Shown: positions 36,344-42,360 of the stretch, in pieces | How the letters are laid out: each line of letters starts with the position of its first letter | Numbering within the stretch: position 1 is the first letter of the stretch | From: Actinomycetes bacterium | GTDB taxonomy: Bacteria; Actinomycetota; Acidimicrobiia; Acidimicrobiales; RAAP-2 | Length of the DNA: 42,360 nt | NCBI GenBank assembly: GCA_021802025.1 | Contig: JAKABC010000001.1 | Coordinates: forward strand, 1-42,360 | Reading direction: 5' to 3' | Notes under the pieces: generated by a model | Seen by the model: only the letters and a program-made list of their open reading frames with translations | Database searches by the model: none | What the model was told of the DNA's origin: nothing | Position numbers and translations under genes: made by a program

Positions 36344-36484
36344 TCACTCCGGAACCCCTTCGGGTCCCCCACGGCACGACGTCGGATCGTGTTCGCCGAG
36401 CACGACGCCGCACTCGGGGCAGACGAGGTGGGCGTAGCAGGCGGCCTCGCCCCCCTCGTCGGGTTCGAATCCGACGTCGCTCAC
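36344..36484 (-). CDS. 46-aa Cys/His-rich microprotein, not in the ORF track (putative metal-binding)
   Basis: Manual translation MSDVGFEPDEGGEAACYAHLVCPECGVVLGEHDPTSCRGGPEGVPE*; GTG overlaps the TGA of the upstream beta-subunit gene (GTGA); GC-rich third codon positions. Confidence 0.65.
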   Translation of the reverse strand: MSDVGFEPDEGGEAACYAHLVCPECGVVLGEHDPTSCRGGPEGVPE

Positions 36485-37536
36485 CGGAAGGTCTCCTGGA
36501 GCCGCGCGAGCTCGTCGGCCCCGGGGCAGAGGGTCTCGTAGGGCACACGGGCGAGTGCGTTCGGCGGGGTGCGGTTGAGCTCGTGGAGGTCCGCGCGAGA
36601 CTCGTCGAGGTAGAGCAGCCCCGTCGCGATCTCCCCCCTCGTCTGGCGATCGCGGATGTAGGACTCCACCGAGAGTCGATCGGTCGGGTCGTAGCCCGCC
36701 GGGACCGCACGGAAGCGCATCACGCTGCCGTCGTGCATGACCACCTCGCGCGCCACGTCGCTGCCCACGCTCGCCGTGATCGGAGCCTGGACCGGCACGA
36801 AGTCGGCCTCCACCTCTTTGACCTCGTGCTCGCGAACGAAGCGGTAGCTCTTGGTGGAGCTCTCGTGGTCGTTGAAGGTGACGCAGGGCGAGATCACGTC
36901 GATGACCGCGAACCCGCGGTGGGCGACCGCCGCCTTGAGGAGGGGCACCAGCTGGTCCTTGTCACCCGAGAACGAGCGCGCGAGGAACGTCGCGCCCACG
37001 CTGAGCCCAACCATGATCGGGTCGATCGGTGCGAGGAGGTTGGGGTCGCCCTTCTTCGGTGCCGACCCGACGTCGGCCGACGCGGACAGCTGGCCCTTCG
37101 TGAGGCCGTAGACGCCGTTGTTCTCGATCACGTAGACCATGTTCACGTTGCGCCGCATGGCGTGCAGGAGGTGGCCGAGGCCGATCGAGAGGGAGTCCCC
37201 GTCGCCCGAGATCCCGATGTAGGTGAGCTCACGGTTGGCGGCGCTCGCTCCGGTCGCGATCGCCGCCATGCGGCCGTGGGCGGAGTTGAAGCCGTGAGCG
37301 CCACGCACGAAGTAGGTCGGGGTCTTCGAGGAGCAGCCGATCCCGCTCAGCTTGGCGATCTGACGTGGGGGGAGCGAGAGCTCCCAGAAGGCGTAGGTGA
37401 TGGCGGCGGTCACCGAGTCGTGACCACAGCCGGCGCACAAGGTCGACATCGCGCCCTCGTAGTCACGCACCGTGAGCCCGAGATCGTTGCGCGGCAAGGG
37501 GTTGAGCGGGATTAGGGGTTTGGTGATCGAGGGCAT
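36481..37536 (-). CDS. korB: 2-oxoacid:ferredoxin oxidoreductase beta subunit
   Basis: STLCAGCGH, SGIGCSS, HGR, TPP motif GDGD...NN..YGLTKGQ, SPCVTFN. Confidence 0.9.
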   Translation of the reverse strand: MPSITKPLIPLNPLPRNDLGLTVRDYEGAMSTLCAGCGHDSVTAAITYAFWELSLPPRQIAKLSGIGCSSKTPTYFVRGAHGFNSAHGRMAAIATGASAANRELTYIGISGDGDSLSIGLGHLLHAMRRNVNMVYVIENNGVYGLTKGQLSASADVGSAPKKGDPNLLAPIDPIMVGLSVGATFLARSFSGDKDQLVPLLKAAVAHRGFAVIDVISPCVTFNDHESSTKSYRFVREHEVKEVEADFVPVQAPITASVGSDVAREVVMHDGSVMRFRAVPAGYDPTDRLSVESYIRDRQTRGEIATGLLYLDESRADLHELNRTPPNALARVPYETLCPGADELARLQETFR

Positions 37537-39377
37537 CAGTGTCTCTCCAGGTGGGCCAGGACCCCGTCGACGACGTGACGGGCTGAAAGGGGGAAACCGC
37601 CGTAGACGAGGATCGAGGTCATCGAAGCCGGCGGGACCCCGGTCTCGGTCGAGATGAGCGTGCGCAACTGGGCGTCACGGTTCATCTCGACCACGAAGCA
37701 CGGCGCGTGCGACGCGACGAAATCGCGCACCTCGTCGACGAAGGGGAAACCGCGCACTCGCATCAGGTCGCACTCGACGCCGCGGCTCGCGAGCTCACTG
37801 ACCGCCTCGCGTACCGCCGGGTCGCAACTGCCCATGGTCACGATGCCGACGGTGGCGCCGGGACGGCGCTCGATGATCGGTGCCGGCACGTGGGGCGCGG
37901 CGGCCGCGTGCTTGCGCTTGAGCCGGTCGACGACCTCTTGGTACTCGGCGGGTGACTCGGTGTAACGCCCGAACTTGTCGTGACCGGAGCCCCGGATGAA
38001 GTAGGCCCCCTTCTCGTCCGAGCCCGGCAGGGTTCTGGGGGTGACGAACTCGTCGTTTTCGTCGGTGTAGCGGTAGAACTCGCGCATCGTGGCGAGGTCG
38101 GCGTCGCTCAGCACCCGGCCGCGGTCGGGCCGGTAGTCGTCGTCCCAGGTGAGGCGGGGCACGACCCAGTCGTTCATGCCGATGTCGAGGTCACTCAACA
38201 CGAACACCGGCGTCTGGAACCGCTCGGCCAGGTCGAAGGCCTGCGCGGTGAACTCGAAGCACTCGCGGGGGTCGGCCGGGAGCAGGAGGATGTGTCGGGT
38301 ATCGCCGTGGGAGGCGTAGGCGCACAGCAGCAGGTCGCCCTGCTGGGTGCGCGTCGGCATCCCGGTCGACGGGCCCACCCGCTGGACGTCGACGATGACC
38401 GCGGGAATCTCGGTGTAGTAGCCCAGGCCGATGAGCTCGTTCATGAGCGAGATCCCCGGTCCCGAGGTCGACGTGAAGGCTCGCGCCCCGCTCCAGCCCG
38501 CACCCAGGACGATGCCGATCGAGGCGATCTCGTCCTCGGCCTGGATGATGAGGTAGTCGTGGCGGACCTCGGTCTCGCCGTCGGGCCCCGCCCCCGGCAC
38601 CTCGCGCTGGCGGTAGCGGGCGCACAGCCGGGTGAAGTTGTCCATGACCCCAGTGGCCGGCGTGATCGGATACCAGCCGGCGACGGTCGCCCCGGCGTAG
38701 AGGGCGCCCAGGGCGGCCGCGGTGTTGCCGTCGATCAGGATGGACTCGCCGGTCTCCTCGCGGGGCTCCACCCGGAACGCCAGGGGGCAGTCAAAGTGCT
38801 CGAGGGCGTAGTCGTAGCCCAGGCGCAGCGCCCGCTGGTTCGACTCGCGCAGCGCGGCGTTGCGCGCGAACGTCTCATCGAGCAGGGCGGAGACGACCTC
38901 GAGGTCGATGTCGAGCAGTCCCACCACCGCCCCGGCGTAGGCGATGTTCTTCATGAGGATGCGCTCGCGCGGCTGGTCGAAGTGCTCGAGGCACAACGCC
39001 GCGAGCGGGACTCCGAGGAAGGTCACGTCGTCGCGGGCGAGCTCGGGCCCGAGGGGCCAGGTCGAGTCGTAGAGGACGTAACCGCCCGCGCGGGCCTCGG
39101 CGACGTCCTCCGCGTAGGTCTGGGCGTTCATCGCGATGACGAGGTCGTAATCGAGCGAGCGCGCCGTCCACCCGTCCGCGTTGACGCGCACCTCGTACCA
39201 CGTGGGCAGCCCCTGGATGTTGGAGGGGAAGAGGTTCTTGCCCGACACCGGGACGCCCATGCGGAAGATGGCCTGCACGAGGAGGCTGTTGGCGCTGGCC
39301 GAACCGGTGCCGTTGACGTTCGCGAGCTTGAGGGCGAAGTCATTCACGCCACTGGCCCGGGTCAGTTCGATGGTCAT
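37536..39377 (-). CDS. korA: 2-oxoacid:acceptor oxidoreductase alpha subunit (fused gamma-alpha)
   Basis: FPSNIQG, WYPITP, QAEDEIA, TSTSGPG, QRVGPSTGMPTRTQQGD, EMN...QL; ATG 39377 in ATGA overlap. Confidence 0.9.
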   Translation of the reverse strand: MTIELTRASGVNDFALKLANVNGTGSASANSLLVQAIFRMGVPVSGKNLFPSNIQGLPTWYEVRVNADGWTARSLDYDLVIAMNAQTYAEDVAEARAGGYVLYDSTWPLGPELARDDVTFLGVPLAALCLEHFDQPRERILMKNIAYAGAVVGLLDIDLEVVSALLDETFARNAALRESNQRALRLGYDYALEHFDCPLAFRVEPREETGESILIDGNTAAALGALYAGATVAGWYPITPATGVMDNFTRLCARYRQREVPGAGPDGETEVRHDYLIIQAEDEIASIGIVLGAGWSGARAFTSTSGPGISLMNELIGLGYYTEIPAVIVDVQRVGPSTGMPTRTQQGDLLLCAYASHGDTRHILLLPADPRECFEFTAQAFDLAERFQTPVFVLSDLDIGMNDWVVPRLTWDDDYRPDRGRVLSDADLATMREFYRYTDENDEFVTPRTLPGSDEKGAYFIRGSGHDKFGRYTESPAEYQEVVDRLKRKHAAAAPHVPAPIIERRPGATVGIVTMGSCDPAVREAVSELASRGVECDLMRVRGFPFVDEVRDFVASHAPCFVVEMNRDAQLRTLISTETGVPPASMTSILVYGGFPLSARHVVDGVLAHLERH

Positions 39378-41179
39378 GGAGCCTCCGCGAGGGGTCGGGT
39401 GCCGACGGGGATGAAGTTGGTGGAGCCGGCGTAGGGGATGGCGAGGTCGAAAAGCGCCATGTCCCAGGCGGCCGTCGGGCACCGCTCGGCGCACAACCCA
39501 CAGTGCACGCAGACGTTCTCGTCCTTGACCATCACCCGACCGGTCTGGGGCAGGGGGGCCGAGACGAAGAGCGCCTGGTCCGGCTGGAGGGCGGGGGCGC
39601 GAAGCCGCGCCCGGAGCTCGGCCTCGGTGCCGTCGGGAGTGATGGTGAGGCACTGCACGGGACAGATGTCCAAGCAGGCGTCGCACTCGATGCACAGGCT
39701 CGCGGTGAAGTCGGTCTGTACGTCGCAGTTGAGGCAGCGCTGCACCTCGCGCGCCGTCTGCTCCGCGCTGAAGCCGAGCTCGACCTCAAGGTCGAGGGCG
39801 CTGAAGCGCGTGGTCAGCTCGAGGTGCTCCATCTTCTGGCGCGTCGAGGGGTTGAAGTCGTTGTGGTAGCTCCACTGGGAGAGGCCCATCTTCTGGCTCA
39901 CCAGGGTCGAGCCCGGCGCGGGCCGGTCCGCGACCGGTAGGCCCCGTAAGAACAGGTCGATGGAGATCGCGGCCTGGTGACCGTGGGCGACGGCCCAGAT
40001 GATGTTCTTGGGCCCCCAGGCGGCGTCGCCCCCGAAGAAGACGCCGGGCAGGGTGGACTCGAAGGTCGTCGTGTCCACGACGGGCATGCCCCACTCATCG
40101 AACTCGAGGCCCAGGTCGCGTTCGATCCACGGGAAGGCGTTCTCCTGGCCGATCGCCAAGATGACGTCGTCGCAGGGCACGATGACCGTCTCGAGGACTC
40201 GGCTGTGGCGCCCCCCCCCGTCCCACTCGAGGACCTCGAACTCCATTCCCGTGAGGCGGCCGCCCTCCACGACGAAGCGGGTCGGGGCGTGGTTGACGAC
40301 GATCTCGACCCCCTCCTCCTCGGCGTCCTCGAGCTCCCAGGGGGAGGCCTTGAAGTAGTCGCGGGGCCGGCGGGCCATGACCTTGATGTCTTGACCACCG
40401 AGCCGGCGGGCCGTACGACAGCAGTCCATGGCGGTGTTGCCGACCCCGATGATGAGCACCCGCTCGCCGATGGTGTCGACGTGACCGAAGGCGACCGACT
40501 CGAGCCACTCGATGCCGACGTGGACCTGCTCGGGGGCGTCGTGGCGCCCGGGCAGCTCGAGCTCCTTGCCCCGGGGCGCGCCGACCCCGACGAAGACCGC
40601 GTCGTAGCCCGCCTCGCGCAGCGAGCGAAGGCTGGTCACCGGCGAGTTAAAGCGCGCGTCGACGCCCCGCTCGAGGATGACCCCGGTCTCGTCGTCGAGA
40701 ACCTCTTCGGGGAGGCGAAACGAGGGGATGTTGGTCCGCATCAGGCCGCCGGCACGGTCGTAGCGCTCGAACAGGGTCAGCTCGTAGCCGAGCGGCGCGA
40801 GGTCGTTGGCGACGGTGAGCGAGGCGGGGCCGGCCCCGATCAGGGCGACGCGCTGGCCGTTGGTCGACGAGGGCAGCGGGGCCAGCGCGGCGCGTACGTC
40901 GTCGGCCAGGTCGGCCGCCACGCGCTTGAGTCGGCAGATCGCGACGGGCTCGCCGTCAACACGCGAACGACGACAGGCCGGCTCGCACGGGCGGTCGCAC
41001 GTGCGCCCGAGGATGCCCGGAAAGACGTTCGACTCCCGGTTGAGCAGGTACGCCTCGGTGTCGCGCCCCTGGGCGATCAGGCGGATGTAGCCCGGCACGT
41101 TGGTGTGGGCGGGGCAGGCCCACTGGCAGTCGACGACGCGGTGGTAGTAGTCGGGACTGGTCGTGTCCGTCGGTTCCAC
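39374..41179 (-). CDS. GltD/NfnB-like FAD/NAD(P)H Fe-S oxidoreductase with C-terminal 2x[4Fe-4S] ferredoxin domain
   Basis: CQWACP, RTCDRPCEPAC, GAGPAS, GVGNTAMDC, GGD, RCLNC, CIECDAC...CP, CVHCGLC...CP; GTG 41179 after GGGGAG. Confidence 0.88.
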   Translation of the reverse strand: MEPTDTTSPDYYHRVVDCQWACPAHTNVPGYIRLIAQGRDTEAYLLNRESNVFPGILGRTCDRPCEPACRRSRVDGEPVAICRLKRVAADLADDVRAALAPLPSSTNGQRVALIGAGPASLTVANDLAPLGYELTLFERYDRAGGLMRTNIPSFRLPEEVLDDETGVILERGVDARFNSPVTSLRSLREAGYDAVFVGVGAPRGKELELPGRHDAPEQVHVGIEWLESVAFGHVDTIGERVLIIGVGNTAMDCCRTARRLGGQDIKVMARRPRDYFKASPWELEDAEEEGVEIVVNHAPTRFVVEGGRLTGMEFEVLEWDGGGRHSRVLETVIVPCDDVILAIGQENAFPWIERDLGLEFDEWGMPVVDTTTFESTLPGVFFGGDAAWGPKNIIWAVAHGHQAAISIDLFLRGLPVADRPAPGSTLVSQKMGLSQWSYHNDFNPSTRQKMEHLELTTRFSALDLEVELGFSAEQTAREVQRCLNCDVQTDFTASLCIECDACLDICPVQCLTITPDGTEAELRARLRAPALQPDQALFVSAPLPQTGRVMVKDENVCVHCGLCAERCPTAAWDMALFDLAIPYAGSTNFIPVGTRPLAEAP

Positions 41180-41485
41180 TACGACTCCCCTCGTCGAGGG
41201 GCCGCCGTCCCCGCCGGGGGGCAGCGGTCCGTTAGCCGTAGCGTACAGCGCCCGGAGAACCCCTCTTCGCCCCACCCGACGTAGGGGAAGGCGAGAGGCG
41301 TCGACACCTCGACGACGTCATCGCACGCGATCCCGGTTCGAGTCGGACCAACCGCGACGAGAACGGATCGTCGCGGGCGGGGTGAAGCGCGATCGCCCGT
41401 CGGGGATCGTTGCGGTGCTCCAGCCCACGGGAGAGGACGAGTAGACGACCAGGCGCGTGATGGGTGTGGTGGCTAGGGTGGCCCG

Positions 41486-42310
41486 GTGAGCGACGCTCCC
41501 GCCCGACCGGGCGCCCCGAGCGCGGAGGTCCACCCACCCCCGCTGACCCTGGCGTTCGACGTGGGCGGTACCGGTCTCAAGGCCGGCGTCCTCGACGGGC
41601 GCGGCGAGATGACGGTCGATCGGGTCCGCGTGGCGACCACCTACCCCATGCCCCCGGACCGGCTGGTGGGGGCACTGACGGACCTGGCGCGACGGCTGCC
41701 CGCGGCCGACCGCGTCGCCGTCGGCTTCCCCGGCCTGGTGCGCCGAGGTCGCGTGCTCAGCGCACCGCACTTCGTGACCACCAAGGGACCCGGCTCGCGG
41801 GTCGACCCGGCGCTCGTGGCGGCGTGGGGGAACTTCGACCTGGCCGGCGCCCTCGCGAGGGCGCTCCACGCCCCGTGCCGGGTCGCCAACGACGCCGACG
41901 TCCAAGGCGCCGCGGTGATCGAGGGCCGAGGACTCGAGGTGGCCCTCACCCTGGGCACGGGCGTGGGCTCCGCGTTCTTCATGGACGGGCGGCTGTTGCC
42001 GCACATGGAGTTCGCCCAGGTCCCCTTCCGTCAGGGCGACACGTTCAACGAACAGCTCGGCGACGCCGCTCGCCAGCACATCGGCCACGCGAAGTGGAAT
42101 CGCCGGGTGCGCCGGGCGATCGCCTACTTCGACGTGCTGACCTCGTTCGACCACCTGTACCTCGGTGGGGGCAACGCGCGCCACGTGAAGCTCGACGAGC
42201 TCGGCGAGGTCTCCGCGCGCGTCTCGGTGGTGTCGAACTCCGAGGGTATTCGCGGTGGACTCGAGCTATGGGACGACCGTCACGTGGGGGTGCGCGGCGA
42301 CGACGGCTGA
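41486..42310 (+). CDS. ROK-family kinase, polyphosphate glucokinase-like
   Basis: DVGGTGLK, GFPG.V, NDAD, LTLGTG.GSA, E.., YLGGGN; no N-terminal HTH. Confidence 0.85.
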   Translation: MSDAPARPGAPSAEVHPPPLTLAFDVGGTGLKAGVLDGRGEMTVDRVRVATTYPMPPDRLVGALTDLARRLPAADRVAVGFPGLVRRGRVLSAPHFVTTKGPGSRVDPALVAAWGNFDLAGALARALHAPCRVANDADVQGAAVIEGRGLEVALTLGTGVGSAFFMDGRLLPHMEFAQVPFRQGDTFNEQLGDAARQHIGHAKWNRRVRRAIAYFDVLTSFDHLYLGGGNARHVKLDELGEVSARVSVVSNSEGIRGGLELWDDRHVGVRGDDG

Positions 42311-42360
42311 GCGGCGAGTGGGGCGGGACGCGCCGTCGGCCCGGACGGCGAGCCGGTCCT

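Noticed and set aside
36458-36485. tRNA T-arm-like GTCGGGTTCGAATCCGAC, possible tRNA fragment or att site
   Set aside because: The stem-loop geometry is non-canonical, no D or anticodon arm can be built, no integrase is nearby, and the sequence is explained as codons VGFEPD of the minus-strand microprotein.
37536-39695. Apparent 719-aa alpha subunit
   Set aside because: The extension overlaps the upstream flavoprotein gene; the start is ATG 39377.

Overview
High-GC, gene-dense bacterial chromosome segment, most consistent with an actinobacterium; an Acidimicrobiia-like lineage is my inference. I found no rRNA, tRNA, CRISPR, IS or phage signal. Left part (1-14.9 kb): PfkB kinase, BMP-type nucleoside ABC transporter, DHA2 MFS, ettA, kynA-kynU, gluconokinase, purU, 3-hydroxyacyl-CoA dehydrogenase, ppa and a coupled membrane protein. 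Centre (14.9-29.4 kb): a divergently transcribed catabolic island of unknown substrate, the best candidate for an undescribed system. Its left arm carries a dihydroxypseudooxynicotine-hydrolase-like alpha/beta hydrolase, E2 acyltransferase, a signal-less NMT1/THI5-fold protein, aldehyde dehydrogenase and TetR. Its right arm carries a Liv-type ABC importer, beta-hydroxyacid dehydrogenase, an M24-fold enzyme with an Asp-to-Cys metal-ligand change, and TPP E1 alpha/beta. There is no E3, and paired LacI-like operators lie in the shared promoter. Right part: MarR divergent from a dienelactone hydrolase-small His/Cys protein-MFS operon, another MFS, a secreted neocarzinostatin-like protein, an orphan response regulator, a three-gene 2-oxoacid oxidoreductase operon ending in an unannotated 46-aa Cys/His microprotein, and a ROK kinase. 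Other signals: a 20-bp palindrome that makes two convergent proteins both end in PYSRE, many leaderless promoters, and substrate-binding proteins without a lipobox. All family calls come from motif recognition by eye, not database searches.
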